This document shows positions 25,821 to 38,187 of a DNA stretch of 64,000 nucleotides, one piece after another. The notes under the pieces are model-generated. The model was not told the DNA's origin, did not search any database, and worked only from the letters and a program-made list of their open reading frames with translations. The stretch's first letter is position 1; the number at the start of each line of letters is the position of its first letter. The position numbers and the translations under genes are program-made. The DNA lies in assembly GCA_965656495.1 (NCBI GenBank), contig CBFHKU010000002.1:1-64000 (forward strand), written 5' to 3'. Origin of the DNA: Coraliomargaritaceae bacterium (lineage in GTDB: Bacteria > Verrucomicrobiota > Verrucomicrobiia > Opitutales > Coraliomargaritaceae).

Positions 25821-25833
25821 ATCGTTGATTCAA

Positions 25834-27099
25834 TTAAGAGAGTTGTTTGATGATTTCGATAATCGGCAGGAAGAGTGCGATCACAATAAAGCCCACAACC
25901 ACCGCCAGGAAGACAATCATGACGGGCTCAATGATGGAGGTAATACCACCAACGGCATTGTCGACGTCTTCGTCGTAATTATCGGCGACCCGATTGAGCA
26001 TCTCGGCGAGCGCTCCGGTTTCCTCACCCACGTCGATCATGCTGGTGACCATATTGGGAAAGACTTTCTCACGTTCCATGGGCGCGGCAAGGGTCTGGCC
26101 GTCGCGCACATGGTCGTGAATCCGGCTGAGCGCGTTGGCGTAGTTGCCGTTATTGGAAATGTCCTTGGTAATGGTGATGGCCTCGAGGATGGGCACGCCA
26201 CTGGAAAGCAGAGTACCAAAGGTACGGGTAATACGAGCAATGTTTACCTTGCGGACGAGGTCGCCAACCTTCGGCGTGTTGATGGAGAGCCAATCAAAAA
26301 GGCTGCGCCCCAAGGAGGTCTTAAGGAAGAACTTGAAGGCAAAGAAGAGCACCACGATCAGACCAACGGAAACAACGATATTTTCGCGGATTCCGTTACT
26401 GACGTTGATGACAAACTGAGTCGGTCCGGGCAGGGAGGCACCGTCCAGCATGTCGTCAAAAATTGACTGGAACTTGGGAACCACCACAACCATGAGGAGT
26501 GCCACGATCGAAACGGCGACCCCTACCACCACGATGGGATAGATCATGGCAGACTGAACTTTGCCTTTGGTGCGCTGGGCTTTTTCCATAAAGGTGGCAA
26601 GGCGTGAGAGCACCACTGCCAGCACCCCACCCGCTTCACCGGCGCGAATCATATTGACGTACAGGCGGTCGAAAACTTTGGGAAATTGCGCAAGGCCGTC
26701 CGAAAAGGAATTACCGGACTTCACCTGATCCGCGACCTGTTCAAGGACGCTGCGAAAACGCAGGTTGCGCTCCTGCCGGATCATGACCTCCAGCGAGCGC
26801 AGCAGGGGGAGCCCCGCCTCGAGGAGGGTTGCCAATTGGCGCGTGAAAATCGCAAGCCCCTGGGGATTGATAACTTTACCAAAACCACCCGCACCCTTCT
26901 TGGTGACTTTCTTGCTCTTTTTGGAACCGGATTTTGTTTTCTTTGTGTTTGCATCAGCAGAACCGGCAACGACGACCTGAGTTGGCATCAAGCCCATACT
27001 GGTAAGCTTTGCATTTGCAGATTCCACGGAGTCAGAATCAACGGTTCCAGTCTTTTGTTTGCCGTTGCTATCGATTGCAGTGTATTTGAACTTGGGCAT
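25834..27099 (-). CDS. pilC: Type IV pilus/T2SS inner membrane platform (PilC/GspF)
   Basis: [40 protein letters not shown]. Confidence 0.92.
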   Translation of the reverse strand: MPKFKYTAIDSNGKQKTGTVDSDSVESANAKLTSMGLMPTQVVVAGSADANTKKTKSGSKKSKKVTKKGAGGFGKVINPQGLAIFTRQLATLLEAGLPLLRSLEVMIRQERNLRFRSVLEQVADQVKSGNSFSDGLAQFPKVFDRLYVNMIRAGEAGGVLAVVLSRLATFMEKAQRTKGKVQSAMIYPIVVVGVAVSIVALLMVVVVPKFQSIFDDMLDGASLPGPTQFVINVSNGIRENIVVSVGLIVVLFFAFKFFLKTSLGRSLFDWLSINTPKVGDLVRKVNIARITRTFGTLLSSGVPILEAITITKDISNNGNYANALSRIHDHVRDGQTLAAPMEREKVFPNMVTSMIDVGEETGALAEMLNRVADNYDEDVDNAVGGITSIIEPVMIVFLAVVVGFIVIALFLPIIEIIKQLS

Positions 27100-27111
27100 T
27101 TTTTTACGGGG

Positions 27112-28800
27112 TTATGTATATTTAAGAACTTCCTCAATGGTGGATTTACCATCAAATATGGCGCGTAAGCCATCATCACGCAAGCTTCGCATTCCTTGCT
27201 CCAGCGCTTTTTGCTTAATGGCAAGGGTGGGCGCTCGCCGGTTGATGAGTTCGCGAATGGCATCGGTCACGACAACCATCTCAAAGAGGCCGACGCGCCC
27301 GCGGTAACCGGTTTTGCTACATTCCGGGCAACCCTCGCCGTAAAAGAAATCCTTGTCGGCGATTTCCAGCGGATCGACATCGAGCATTTCAACCAGTTCC
27401 TGACTAGGCTCATAAGCCGTTCTGCAAGCGGGGCAAATTTTCCGAACGAGGCGCTGTGCGAGAATTGCCTCCAGGGAGGCGGAAATAAGGAAGGGCTCCA
27501 GCCCCATATCGATGAGACGGGTTACCGCACCAGGGGCATCATTCGTGTGTAGGGTGCTCAAGACCACGTGCCCGGTCAGGGAAGCCTGCACTGAGATCTG
27601 GGCGGTTTCGAGGTCACGTATCTCCCCCACCATTATTTTATCGGGATCCTGACGCAGGAAAGCGCGGAGGGCGCGGGCGAAGTCGAGACCGACTTGATGA
27701 TTCACCGCGACCTGCATGATGCCGTCGATTTCGTATTCAACGGGGTCCTCAGCGGTAAGGATCTTGGTTTCCACTTTGTTCACTTCGCGCAAGGCGCTGT
27801 AGAGCGTAGTGGTCTTACCGGAACCGGTCGGTCCAGTGACAATAAAGATGCCGTTCGGTCGGTCGACGAGCTCACGAATCTTGGCGAGGATATCATCTGA
27901 AAGACTCAGGGCCTCGAGATCGAGGTTGACCACTGACTTATCGAGCACCCGCAAAACCACGCTTTCTCCAAAACGGGTCGGGAGGGTTGAAACCCGCAGG
28001 TCAACCGGGCGGCCTGCAATCGTCATTTTGATACGTCCGTCCTGCGGAATGCGGGTTTCGGAAATATTCATATTGGACAGCACCTTAACACGCGAAATAA
28101 CCGGAACCGCGAGGTTCTTGGGCGGGGGCGCCATTTCGTAGAGTGCGCCATCAATACGATAGCGGATGCGGAATTCATCCTCAAAGGGTTCAAAGTGAAT
28201 ATCGGAAGCTTTATCCTTGATGGCTTGCTGTAAGACGAGATTCACAAAGCGAATGATGGGCGTCTGGTTTGCCATATCGGCAGGATCCATTTCCTCGTCC
28301 TCCGCCTCGGTCTCGGTAAAACTCTCGCCGAGGTCACCCAAAATATCATCGATCGAAGAATCTTCTTCGCCATAGGTATTGGTAAGGAGGGTTTGAACAC
28401 TACGGGGATCACCCACCACGACCGTTACGTCCTTGTTCAAGGTAAAGGTCAAATCATCTATAATGCTGGCGTTAAAGGGATCGCATGCCAGCAGCTGAAT
28501 GGAGGTATTGTCCGATGCGAGTGGAACCACGGCATACATGCGGGCAACATTGGGGCGCATTACGGATGAAACAGCCTCAGGGACATTTACGGGTACTTCC
28601 TCAAGGAAATCAAAGCCAAGGAATTCGGCAATCGCCTTCAGAACGGTAGGGCGCTCAATCAACCCGGCATCAACCACCGCATTGGCAAGGGACTTGCCGG
28701 TGTTCAGGTGCGATTCATTTAATTCCTGCAGTTGCTCGATACTGAGCAAATTGGAATTTTTGATTATCTCGAATATTGTATCGTTATGGTCTTCAAACAT
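27112..28800 (-). CDS. pilB: GspE/PilB-family extension ATPase (copy 2)
   Basis: [37 protein letters not shown]...CPEC zinc motif. Confidence 0.92.
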   Translation of the reverse strand: MFEDHNDTIFEIIKNSNLLSIEQLQELNESHLNTGKSLANAVVDAGLIERPTVLKAIAEFLGFDFLEEVPVNVPEAVSSVMRPNVARMYAVVPLASDNTSIQLLACDPFNASIIDDLTFTLNKDVTVVVGDPRSVQTLLTNTYGEEDSSIDDILGDLGESFTETEAEDEEMDPADMANQTPIIRFVNLVLQQAIKDKASDIHFEPFEDEFRIRYRIDGALYEMAPPPKNLAVPVISRVKVLSNMNISETRIPQDGRIKMTIAGRPVDLRVSTLPTRFGESVVLRVLDKSVVNLDLEALSLSDDILAKIRELVDRPNGIFIVTGPTGSGKTTTLYSALREVNKVETKILTAEDPVEYEIDGIMQVAVNHQVGLDFARALRAFLRQDPDKIMVGEIRDLETAQISVQASLTGHVVLSTLHTNDAPGAVTRLIDMGLEPFLISASLEAILAQRLVRKICPACRTAYEPSQELVEMLDVDPLEIADKDFFYGEGCPECSKTGYRGRVGLFEMVVVTDAIRELINRRAPTLAIKQKALEQGMRSLRDDGLRAIFDGKSTIEEVLKYT

Positions 28801-28820
28801 GGGGAAATTGAGGCTAATGG

Positions 28821-29897
28821 TCAGTCCAGCTGCGCGCCGCCCTGAATGAGGCGATTTCGCAAATCATCAGGCGTCTGTGATTTACTCAGGGCAACTTCCG
28901 CGCTGATGAGATTTTCTTTATAGAGTTTACAGAGATAGGCATCGAGACCGATCATGCCTTTATTCGCTCCGGTTTGTATATCGGATGCAATACGGAAGGT
29001 CTTATTTTCGCGGATCAATTGAGAAATGGCATTTGTCATAACCATAATCTCGAAAGCCGCGATGCGTCCGCCCCCGTTCTTTTCGCAAAGTACCTGAGAA
29101 ACAACTGCCAGAAGAGAGGAGGCCAACTGCGTGCGGATCTGCTCCTTACTACTGGAGGGAAAGGCATCGACAATGCGGTCGACGGTACGGGCTGCCCCGG
29201 TGGTATGGAGGGTTCCGAAAACCAGGTGCCCGGTTTCGGCGGCAGTGACCGCCGCTTCGATGGTTTCCAAATCGCGCATTTCACCAACAAGGATAACGTC
29301 CGGATCCTGTCGCAATGCCCCCCGAAGGGCGGCGGCAAAACTCGGGACATCCTCCCCCACCTCGCGCTGCGTCACGATGCATTGCTTATGGCTGTGGTAA
29401 TATTCCAGCGGATCCTCAATCGTAATAATGTGGTCATTCCGATTGATATTAATCCAATCAATCATGGAAGCGAGCGTCGTGGACTTACCGGACCCGGTCG
29501 GGCCGGTGACAAGAAAGAGCCCCCGGGGGCGGGCAATGAGATCCTTGATCGTTTCAGGCAAGCCGATGGTTTCCAGCGACAATAATTCGTTGGGAATCAG
29601 GCGCAGCACCATTCCGATATTCCCCTTTGAGCGCAGGACGCTGACCCGCAGGCGAGCCTTTTCGCCAAAGGCGATCGCGAAGTCTGCCCCGCCGGTTTCG
29701 TTAAAAGTTTCCAGCGCTGCCGGAGGAGCAATAGACTCCATCAGTGCCTGGGTGTCGGCGGGCGTGAGTTTTTCACCTTCGATGGGTTTAAGGGATCCAT
29801 GAATCCGAAGCGCGGGGGCTTCGTGCACCTGCAGGTGGAGGTCTGAGGCGCCCGCCTCAAACATCGCTTCCAGCAGTTGATTCATTTCGTACGCCAT
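28821..29897 (-). CDS. pilT: Type IV pilus retraction ATPase PilT
   Basis: [45 protein letters not shown] (AIRNLIRE-like). Confidence 0.93.
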   Translation of the reverse strand: MAYEMNQLLEAMFEAGASDLHLQVHEAPALRIHGSLKPIEGEKLTPADTQALMESIAPPAALETFNETGGADFAIAFGEKARLRVSVLRSKGNIGMVLRLIPNELLSLETIGLPETIKDLIARPRGLFLVTGPTGSGKSTTLASMIDWININRNDHIITIEDPLEYYHSHKQCIVTQREVGEDVPSFAAALRGALRQDPDVILVGEMRDLETIEAAVTAAETGHLVFGTLHTTGAARTVDRIVDAFPSSSKEQIRTQLASSLLAVVSQVLCEKNGGGRIAAFEIMVMTNAISQLIRENKTFRIASDIQTGANKGMIGLDAYLCKLYKENLISAEVALSKSQTPDDLRNRLIQGGAQLD

Positions 29898-29936
29898 CGT
29901 TTCTGTGCTTCGTTTTTGTTTGTTATAGCTGAGTTT

Positions 29937-31664
29937 TTAGTCGGCGTCGGAAACGGTTGCATGGAGCACCTCGTTGGGAGTTGTGACGCCTGCCAGGACT
30001 TTGCGGACCCCATCCTCGCGCATGGTACGCATTCCGATTTCGCGAGCCTTATTGCGGAGCACCACCAAGCTGGCCTCCTCATAAACCATTTGCTGCAACT
30101 CCTCATTCATCGTGAACATTTCAAAAATCCCGACCCGTCCGCGGAAACCGGTGCCGTTGCATTTAGGACAACCTTTTCCAGACTTGAAGGTCGCTTCCAG
30201 AATTTGATCCTGACGGATGCCGAGGGAATTGAGGAGGCGTTCATCGGGTTCATCGGGTTGTTTGCATTCGGGGCAAATACGACGAACGAGGCGCTGCGCC
30301 ATCACGGCGCGCAAGGCTGCGGAAACAAGGAAGGGTTTAATTCCGATATCGACCAGACGACTCACCGCACTGGGCGCGTCATTGGTGTGGAGGGTACTGA
30401 AAACCATATGTCCGGTAAGGGAAGCGTTGACCGCAATCTCGGCAGTTTCCTTATCGCGGATTTCCCCAACCATAATAATATTGGGGGCCTGGCGAAGCAT
30501 CGAACGCAGGGCCGCGGAGAAAGTCATCCCGACATCGCGGCGCACCTGCACCTGATTGATGCCGCCCATTTCATATTCCACCGGATCCTCAACCGTGATG
30601 ATTTTGCGGTCGGGGTGATTGATGTAGTTGAGGGCGGAATACAGGGTAGTGGATTTACCGGAACCGGTTGGACCGGTAACGAGAAAGATTCCGTCCGGCA
30701 TGGAGATAATTCGCTCAAAGACAGCTTGGTCATCACTGAAAAATCCGAGCTCGGGAAGGCCGAGGCGCAGGCCTTCCTTGTCAAGAATACGCATGACAAT
30801 ACTTTCACCGTAGGCGGTGGGCAGGGTTGATACCCGCAAATCGATATCCTTCTCGCCAACCTTAATATTAATGCGCCCGTCTTGCGGTACACGCTTTTCC
30901 GCAATACTGACATTCGACATCAACTTAATCCGAGAAACAATGGAGGGCTGTAAACGCTTGGGTGGGTTCTCTACCTCGTGCAGGACCCCATCGACGCGAT
31001 AGCGCACCCGAAAACGCTTTTCCAAAGGCTCCATATGAATATCAGAGGCGCGACGCTGGATCGCCTCGGTTATCACCATCTGCACGTATTTAATGATGGG
31101 GGCCTCTTCTTCCGAAACTTCGGCTTCATCAAAGACCTTTACTTCAAGGCCCTCACTTTGCTCCTCACCCTGATGGATGCCCTCAAAGATTTCATCGACC
31201 TCTCCGGCCTGCGCGCCCTCGTAATATTGATGGATGGAACGCTCGATTGATTCAAGCGTTGCCACACGGCTCACCACCGAGCGTTGCACCACGTGGCTGA
31301 TGCTGTCGATCCCGTCCATGTCGAGTGGGTCGCAAATCGCGAGGTGCAGCTCCCGCTCGTCCATCTCAAGGGGAAAGACCTTGTAGCGATTTGCCAACTC
31401 AAAGGGCACGAGCTCCAGAAGCTCACCCGTCACACGCACCTCGTTTAAATCCACAACCTCCATCGCGAACTCGTCCGCCAAAGCCTGTGCGATGTCCGCT
31501 TGCGTGCATTTGTGATCCTTGGTCAACAAATCCAGCGCCACGCTGTCCACTTCCGCATCGCCGTCCTCTTCGACCGCAGCAACACGGGCACGCTCGACAC
31601 TGTCGGCATCCACTATTTTCTTATCAATTAAAAGCTGGAGAACAAAATCGTCGGATGAAGTCAC
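29937..31664 (-). CDS. pilB: GspE/PilB-family extension ATPase (copy 1)
   Basis: [37 protein letters not shown]...CPKC. Confidence 0.92.
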   Translation of the reverse strand: MTSSDDFVLQLLIDKKIVDADSVERARVAAVEEDGDAEVDSVALDLLTKDHKCTQADIAQALADEFAMEVVDLNEVRVTGELLELVPFELANRYKVFPLEMDERELHLAICDPLDMDGIDSISHVVQRSVVSRVATLESIERSIHQYYEGAQAGEVDEIFEGIHQGEEQSEGLEVKVFDEAEVSEEEAPIIKYVQMVITEAIQRRASDIHMEPLEKRFRVRYRVDGVLHEVENPPKRLQPSIVSRIKLMSNVSIAEKRVPQDGRINIKVGEKDIDLRVSTLPTAYGESIVMRILDKEGLRLGLPELGFFSDDQAVFERIISMPDGIFLVTGPTGSGKSTTLYSALNYINHPDRKIITVEDPVEYEMGGINQVQVRRDVGMTFSAALRSMLRQAPNIIMVGEIRDKETAEIAVNASLTGHMVFSTLHTNDAPSAVSRLVDIGIKPFLVSAALRAVMAQRLVRRICPECKQPDEPDERLLNSLGIRQDQILEATFKSGKGCPKCNGTGFRGRVGIFEMFTMNEELQQMVYEEASLVVLRNKAREIGMRTMREDGVRKVLAGVTTPNEVLHATVSDAD

Positions 31665-31709
31665 AGAATGTAAAACTATTGTTGAGGTATGAACATTGGG
31701 GATGAAAAC

Positions 31710-33461
31710 TTAACGCGCAACACTGATCAGGAATTCCGCATTGGTTTTGGTCTTTTTGATACGCTGAATGAGCATTTCCATCGCATCCGTTGAAGGTATG
31801 CCTTTCATGGCGCGACGCAATGAATAAATCTTAAGCATTTCATCCGGGTGATAAAGCAACTCTTCCTTGCGGGTTCCGCTCTTGTCCATGCTCAAGGCCG
31901 GGAAGATACGTTTATCCGACAGGCCCCGATCCAGGTGGAGTTCCATGTTACCAGTTCCCTTGAATTCCTCAAAAATAACCTCGTCCATTTTACTACCGGT
32001 CTCTACCAGAGCCGTGCCGAGAATCGTCAGGCTTCCCCCATCTTCAATATTACGGGCAGAACCGAAGAAACGCTTGGGCTTCTGCAGGGCATTCGCCTCC
32101 ACCCCACCCGAGAGGATCTTACCGCTGTTCGGCATCATGGTATTGTAGGCGCGAGCCAAACGCGTGATTGAATCAAGCAGGATAATAACATCCTCGCCCA
32201 CTTCCACCATGCGGCGCGCCTTATCAATCACCATTTCCGCCGCGTGTACGTGGCTCTCAGCCGATTCATCAAACGTAGAACTGATGATCTCTGCCTCGAC
32301 CTGGCGCCGGAAATCGGTCACTTCTTCGGGTCGCTCATCAATCAGGAGAATGATAAGGTGCGCCTTCGGGCAATTCGCCTTGATGGCATTCGCCATGCAC
32401 TGCAGGAGGACGGTCTTACCGGTGCGCGGTGGAGCGACAATCAAGCCACGCTGACCATAGCCCACGGGAGTCAGGCAATCCACCACCCGCATGGAAAGGT
32501 TGTCCCACTTGGCGTCGCCCCCGGTTTCCATTAAAATACGCTCGGTTGGATAATACGGCACCCGCTCTTTGAAGGGGACGATCTCGCTCAAGGTATCGGG
32601 ATCGCGACCCATAACCTCCAAGGCAGCGACCACAAAGGGACAGGTCTCGGTCTCGCGGCGCGGGTGCAGGCGGGCCTTCACGATGTGACCGGCCTGCAGG
32701 CCGTATTGCTTAATCAGGGTCTGCGGCACGAAAGCGCTCTGCGAAACCACGCGGTAATTATCGCGCTCGTATACCAAGAGACCGCCGGCCTCATCTTCAA
32801 GTAGATCCAGCACGCCCACCGTTTCGATGCACTTCTTTTGCTCAAAAGCATGCGCCAACAGCGCATTGACCAACTGTTCGCGATTCGGCGCATTGGGAAC
32901 GTCCACCGATTCCTTCTCCGCCGCTTCCCGCAATTCCGGGAGCGCCATATTATAGATTTCGGTAAAATCAAAAGCTTTACCTTTCGCGGACTCCAGACCG
33001 TCCACAAATGACTGCAAGGCTTCGAAATTTTCAAATGCTTCAAAATCCGGCAAATCGCCCAAGTCCAAAGTCGGACCCTCATCACTCGAAGGCTTCTTTT
33101 TATTCTGCCAACGGTTCCGCGCCCGACCCTTCTGGTTTTTCTTACCCTTTTGGAAGCGATTCTGATTCGGGTTTCCATTGCCACGGCGTCCGGAGTGGCG
33201 ATTCCCGGAAGCCTCCCCCTCCGGTGCATCACTATTGGATTTGGGCTTTTCAGCAGCGGCGGTCTCGTCCTCGCTCTGCATCATCGCCTCGTAAGCAGCG
33301 CCCGTTACAGCCCCGTCATCCGCAGGGGCAGCCGCCGCTTCTTCATTTTTCGTGCGCTTTCTCGCCCCACGCCGGACCGTTTTGCGCGGTGACTTGGGTG
33401 CCGCACCGGCATCGGAATCCATGTGGTTGCTACTGGATAAGGGTGTATCCGATTCACTCAT
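31710..33461 (-). CDS. rho: Transcription termination factor Rho with N-terminal extension
   Basis: [43 protein letters not shown]. Confidence 0.96.
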   Translation of the reverse strand: MSESDTPLSSSNHMDSDAGAAPKSPRKTVRRGARKRTKNEEAAAAPADDGAVTGAAYEAMMQSEDETAAAEKPKSNSDAPEGEASGNRHSGRRGNGNPNQNRFQKGKKNQKGRARNRWQNKKKPSSDEGPTLDLGDLPDFEAFENFEALQSFVDGLESAKGKAFDFTEIYNMALPELREAAEKESVDVPNAPNREQLVNALLAHAFEQKKCIETVGVLDLLEDEAGGLLVYERDNYRVVSQSAFVPQTLIKQYGLQAGHIVKARLHPRRETETCPFVVAALEVMGRDPDTLSEIVPFKERVPYYPTERILMETGGDAKWDNLSMRVVDCLTPVGYGQRGLIVAPPRTGKTVLLQCMANAIKANCPKAHLIILLIDERPEEVTDFRRQVEAEIISSTFDESAESHVHAAEMVIDKARRMVEVGEDVIILLDSITRLARAYNTMMPNSGKILSGGVEANALQKPKRFFGSARNIEDGGSLTILGTALVETGSKMDEVIFEEFKGTGNMELHLDRGLSDKRIFPALSMDKSGTRKEELLYHPDEMLKIYSLRRAMKGIPSTDAMEMLIQRIKKTKTNAEFLISVAR

Positions 33462-33512
33462 ATACGTTTGGGTTTTTAGGGATCAGGAGTGTTCAGCCTT
33501 ACAAAAAAGTAC

Positions 33513-34127
33513 TTACCATTCTGCGATCAGGCCGAGCGTTTGCTCTTTTAAAAATTCAAGATTACCAGCGTTTGTTATAACATAATCCGCTCGCTCCGTT
33601 TTCTCAGACAAAGCCATTTGCCGCTTGGAACGTGCTTCAATTGCAACCTTTGAAAAGCCCCGGAGGGCCATTCGGGCAATCACAATTGCATCCGGACACG
33701 TAACACAAACGCTAAAATCAAACTCCTTTTCAAGCCTTTTCTCGAATAACAGCGGGATCTCAATCACCCAGTTCGAGCCGGGATCTCCTTCCATCGCCGC
33801 CAGCCATTGCTCGCGCACCCGAGGATGCAGCAACGCCTCCAGCCATTCCAATTCCCCGGGCTCCGCAAAAACAGCCTCCGCCACTGCTCCGCGATCCACT
33901 CGACCCTCCGAATCAAAAACCGCCGCACCCCAGCGCTCGCGCACCGCGCCAATCACCACCTCATTCGAGGCGAGCAAGGCCTGCACCAACGCGTCCGCCG
34001 ACAAGACCGACCAACCCGCCTCCGCAAAAAAACCTGCAACCGAGCTCTTACCACAGCCCATCCCGCCCGTAAGGCCAATTCGATACCCACGGTCGCTCCC
34101 TTGCATCGCTGTTGTTTCGTTTTTCAA
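33513..34127 (-). CDS. coaE: Dephospho-CoA kinase
   Basis: IGLTGGMGCGKS, LEALLHP, EIPLLFE; start could be MQGSDRG. Confidence 0.93.
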   Translation of the reverse strand: MKNETTAMQGSDRGYRIGLTGGMGCGKSSVAGFFAEAGWSVLSADALVQALLASNEVVIGAVRERWGAAVFDSEGRVDRGAVAEAVFAEPGELEWLEALLHPRVREQWLAAMEGDPGSNWVIEIPLLFEKRLEKEFDFSVCVTCPDAIVIARMALRGFSKVAIEARSKRQMALSEKTERADYVITNAGNLEFLKEQTLGLIAEW

Positions 34128-34184
34128 ACGCGCGGTAATTTTATGATGGACGGATAAATTTTACTTATTAGGTTTTAAACCCCT

Positions 34185-35723
34185 ATGCTTGCGACCACTC
34201 AATCGGCAGCCCTGCTGGGAATAGAAGCCTACCCCGTTCAAGTAGAGGTGAATACGGGGGAGGTCGGCGAGCTTAAATTTATTCTTGTGGGACTCCCGGA
34301 TGCCGCTGTCAAGGAATCACAGGACCGCGTTTTCTCTGCGATCAGCAATAGCGGGTATCGCCAACCCGAAACCCGCACCACCGTAAATCTCGCGCCCGGC
34401 GACCTCCGCAAGGAAGGCCCCGCCTACGATTTGCCCATTGCCCTCGGCGTCCTTGCCGCCATGAAACAATGCGAAGCCGCACCGCTTCAGGATTACCTCA
34501 TCGCCGGTGAACTCAGCCTTTCCGGAGAAACCCGACCCGTCAAAGGCTGCCTTGCGATGGCGCAGCTCGCCCGCCGCCTCAACAAAAAAGGCATCCTTTT
34601 GCCCGAAGCCTCCGCCCGGGAAGCCGCTCTCGTCAGCGACCTCAATGTTATCCCGATCCAAAGCCTCGACCAAGCGGTCCGTTTCCTAAACCGCGAAATC
34701 AAGATTGATCCCCTCCCCGCCGATCTCACCCCCTTCAACCCCGCAAATGCCGACCCCCACCAAGCTGATTTTACCGATGTAAAAGGACAACACCACCTCC
34801 GCCGCGCTATCGAAATCGCAGTTAGCGGGGGACACAACCTCATCATGATCGGGAGTCCCGGCTCCGGTAAATCCATGATCGCAAAGCGCATCCCCGGCAT
34901 CATGCCCCCGCCCGAACTCGACGAATTCCTCGAAATCCTCAGCATCCAATCCGCCGCAGGCATCACGCTCGACCCCGCCAAGACCCGCAATCAACGGCCC
35001 TTCCGCGCCCCCCACCACACCATCAGTGACGTCGGGCTCCTAGGCGGCGGAACCTTCCCGCGTCCCGGAGAAATCTCCCTCGCCCATCAAGGCGTCCTCT
35101 TCCTCGATGAACTCCCCGAATTTCGCCGCAACACCCTCGAAGTATTGCGCCAGCCCCTCGAAGACGGACAGGTCACCATTTCCCGCAGCGCCGCCAAAGT
35201 CACCCTCCCCGCCGCCTTCATGCTCGTCTGCGCCATGAACCCCTGCCCCTGCGGTTATGCCGGAGACCCCGCCCACCCCTGCCGCTGCTCCCTCACCCAA
35301 ATCCAACGCTACCGCTCCCGTATCAGCGGCCCCCTCCTCGACCGCATCGATATTCACATTGAGGCACCCGCCCTCCGAATCGAAGAGCTGCGTACTACCC
35401 AACCCGGAGAAGCCTCCGCCCCCATCCGCGACCGTTGTGCCGCAGCGCGTGCGATCCAATTCCAGCGCTACCGCAACCATCCCACCAAGCGTTGCAACAG
35501 TCGCATGCAGCAGGCCGACATCCGTAAATACTGCGCCCTCGACGCAGCACTTAGCCAACAACTCCAAAACGCCATGCAGGAATTTGCACTTTCCGCCCGC
35601 GCCTACGACCGCATTCTCAAAGTCGCGCGCACCATTGCAGATTTAGATCAGTCCCAAAACATAAAAAGTCCTCATTTACTTGAAGCAATTCAATATCGTA
35701 GCCTTGACAGGCAGCTATTTTAA
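34185..35723 (+). CDS. comM: YifB/ComM Mg-chelatase-like AAA ATPase
   Basis: [49 protein letters not shown]. Confidence 0.93.
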   Translation: MLATTQSAALLGIEAYPVQVEVNTGEVGELKFILVGLPDAAVKESQDRVFSAISNSGYRQPETRTTVNLAPGDLRKEGPAYDLPIALGVLAAMKQCEAAPLQDYLIAGELSLSGETRPVKGCLAMAQLARRLNKKGILLPEASAREAALVSDLNVIPIQSLDQAVRFLNREIKIDPLPADLTPFNPANADPHQADFTDVKGQHHLRRAIEIAVSGGHNLIMIGSPGSGKSMIAKRIPGIMPPPELDEFLEILSIQSAAGITLDPAKTRNQRPFRAPHHTISDVGLLGGGTFPRPGEISLAHQGVLFLDELPEFRRNTLEVLRQPLEDGQVTISRSAAKVTLPAAFMLVCAMNPCPCGYAGDPAHPCRCSLTQIQRYRSRISGPLLDRIDIHIEAPALRIEELRTTQPGEASAPIRDRCAAARAIQFQRYRNHPTKRCNSRMQQADIRKYCALDAALSQQLQNAMQEFALSARAYDRILKVARTIADLDQSQNIKSPHLLEAIQYRSLDRQLF

Positions 35724-35857
35724 CCGACAAGGTATAGAGAATTGCCGATTGCGGCAGTGTTTTACCTTAGAGTAAAACAGCTTCCAAGTCTAACATTCAC
35801 CCTTCAAAAAATTCTTTAATCAGCATAATCCCTTAAAAAAATCCAATTTAACGAACC

Positions 35858-35946
<89 letters not shown>

Positions 35947-35978
35947 AAAACTCACTATATAACACCATACCATCCATT

Positions 35979-36623
35979 ATGAAAAGCGTAGCCATTATCG
36001 AAGACCAAACCGCCATCCGCGAACTCATCACTCAAACCATTCTCAACAATGATGATTACGACATCGTCATTGAAACCGGCGACGGTAAAGAAGGTTGCGA
36101 TCGCTGCCTCGAACTGAAACCCGACTTCGTCATCCTTGACGTCATGCTTCCCAATATGAACGGCACCGATGTCCTTCGTCGCTTCGCCAAGGAATTACCC
36201 AACACCCGCATCCTCATCTTCTCCGGTTACCAAACCCCCGGCCTTGTTCGTGAACTCCTTCAAATTGGAGCACATGGATTTGTCGAAAAATCCGCCGCCC
36301 TCAATGAACTTCGCAAAGGCATCGAGATCGTCTCCGGTGGCGGCAGCTACTTCGGCCCCGAGATCGCTCAAATGCTCCGCGACGCCATGTCAGACCCCAA
36401 AACCAAGGAATCCGGCATCAACGTCCTTACCCGCCGCGAGCGCCAAATCCTTCAACTCATCGCTGAAAGTAACAGCACGAAAAAGATCGCTGAGAAACTC
36501 GACATCAGTGTCAAGACTGCCGAGAACCACCGCACCAACCTTATGCGCAAACTCGACCTGCACGATATCGCCAGCCTCACCCGTTACGCGATCAACAACG
36601 GGTTGATCATTCTCAACCGCTAA
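35979..36623 (+). CDS. NarL/LuxR-family response regulator
   Basis: REC domain (IIED, ILDVMLP, GFVEK) plus [13 protein letters not shown]...[17 protein letters not shown]; no kinase adjacent. Confidence 0.93.
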   Translation: MKSVAIIEDQTAIRELITQTILNNDDYDIVIETGDGKEGCDRCLELKPDFVILDVMLPNMNGTDVLRRFAKELPNTRILIFSGYQTPGLVRELLQIGAHGFVEKSAALNELRKGIEIVSGGGSYFGPEIAQMLRDAMSDPKTKESGINVLTRRERQILQLIAESNSTKKIAEKLDISVKTAENHRTNLMRKLDLHDIASLTRYAINNGLIILNR

Positions 36624-36637
36624 GCCCGTATCGCGGG

Positions 36638-37456
36638 TCAAACACCCGCTTCACGGTAGCGATCCGCGAGGATTTCCAACAAAAGGGGATGCCGGCCCAA
36701 AAGGGCCGTGCTTTCCACCCCTTCATAAATCCCGCGCTGCACGAGTTCCGCGCCAATCTGCGCGACATCGCCACCCGCGCCCGCATGACGCCCCGGCAGC
36801 AAAAAGAACATCGCTGCCAGCAAACGCCCGCCCGCGAAATCCGGAACCGCATCCAAACCCTCCAAGAGCGGTTCATTAAAAGCGTACTCTGCCCCCTCCC
36901 GCCGCTCCATTGAGCAGGCCACGACCCGGCGGCCCAGTACATCCGCCAAATCCCGCGCCACCGAATTGCGCAACGCATTCACCTCCTGCGCCGGTGTCCC
37001 ATGATCCACCAGCGCGACATGCATCGCCCCCTCCGGATCCGCCACCCGCACATGGTCCGACAACATCTCGACCAAACGCGAATCGGGACGTTCCACCGTT
37101 TGACCAAAGAGGCAGTCTGCAATCACCACTTCCATATCCGGGCACTCCTCGCGCAACTCCCCCAGCAATACCGGCAAATATTCCGTAATGGCACGACTCG
37201 GTCCCAAAAAGAGCGGCAAAATCATAAAACGTCGCCGACCCGCCGCGAAGGAGGCGCGCATCCGGCGCTTCACAATCGTTGCTTCCACACCCCCCAGTTC
37301 CGCCGGATCCACCTTGTGCGAATGCAGCAGACTCACCGCCTCCACCTCGCGCCCCAATCGCTCGCTCAATCCCTTCGCAAGCGCGCGCAATTCCAGCGTC
37401 GCCCCCGGTGCCAACGACCCATTATCCACTAAAAAAACCTCTATTTCCGAATCCAT
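36638..37456 (-). CDS. CbiX/SirB-like chelatase-fold protein
   Basis: Two half-domains LVDNGS.../LVDHGTP..., PLFLGPS, FFLLPGRHAG. Confidence 0.75.
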   Translation of the reverse strand: MDSEIEVFLVDNGSLAPGATLELRALAKGLSERLGREVEAVSLLHSHKVDPAELGGVEATIVKRRMRASFAAGRRRFMILPLFLGPSRAITEYLPVLLGELREECPDMEVVIADCLFGQTVERPDSRLVEMLSDHVRVADPEGAMHVALVDHGTPAQEVNALRNSVARDLADVLGRRVVACSMERREGAEYAFNEPLLEGLDAVPDFAGGRLLAAMFFLLPGRHAGAGGDVAQIGAELVQRGIYEGVESTALLGRHPLLLEILADRYREAGV

Positions 37457-37547
37457 TTGATTTAAAAGCACAAACCTTTGCTAATATTTGCATCAAACAA
37501 AGGAAAATGTTTGCGCAATGCAACGCTCCCTACAAATTTAATGCATC

Positions 37548-38108
37548 ATGATCAAGGTCTTCCAAAACGTTTCCGTCCTTCTTTTCGCCATTTTATTCTT
37601 GAGTGCCTGCACCCGCACCCAACTGCCCACACCCGGCGACACCGCCAGCCGCTATGGAGACAGCAATGGCTATATTCCTGAAAGTATAGACGGCGAGTGG
37701 GGACCCGCTGAGCTCCAACAGCGCGGAATCAACGACACCTACACCGACGGCACTTACAAAGGACGCCCAACCGTCATGGGACTCTTTCAACCCGTCTATT
37801 TCAACTTCGATTCCGCAAGTATTGCCGCCGCCGAGCGCGCCAAGCTACAGGAAGCCGCCCGTTATCTCGACAAAAACGCCCGCGCCGGAGTCCTGCTCGA
37901 AGGCCACTGCGACTGGTATGGCACCGCTGATTACAATCTTGCCCTCGGGGAACTGCGTTCCAACAGCGCCCGCGATTATCTCTCCACCCTTGGCGTAAAC
38001 AGTAGCCGCATCGAAACCCTCTCCAAAGGAAGCCTCGAAGCAACCGGCGGTCTTTCCAAAGCACAGTCTGCTCAGGATCGCCGCGTCGAGATCATCATTC
38101 TCAAGTAG
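37548..38108 (+). CDS. pal: OmpA/Pal-family peptidoglycan-associated lipoprotein
   Basis: Lipobox LSAC; VYFNFD, EGHCD, YNLALGELR, DRRVEI. Confidence 0.85.
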   Translation: MIKVFQNVSVLLFAILFLSACTRTQLPTPGDTASRYGDSNGYIPESIDGEWGPAELQQRGINDTYTDGTYKGRPTVMGLFQPVYFNFDSASIAAAERAKLQEAARYLDKNARAGVLLEGHCDWYGTADYNLALGELRSNSARDYLSTLGVNSSRIETLSKGSLEATGGLSKAQSAQDRRVEIIILK

Positions 38109-38187
38109 GCGCGCCCTAGCGGCACTTGCTTAACCAAGCAAATATACCGCGAGCTAAAGCCGGATCCGGTATCGCTCGTTCCCATCC

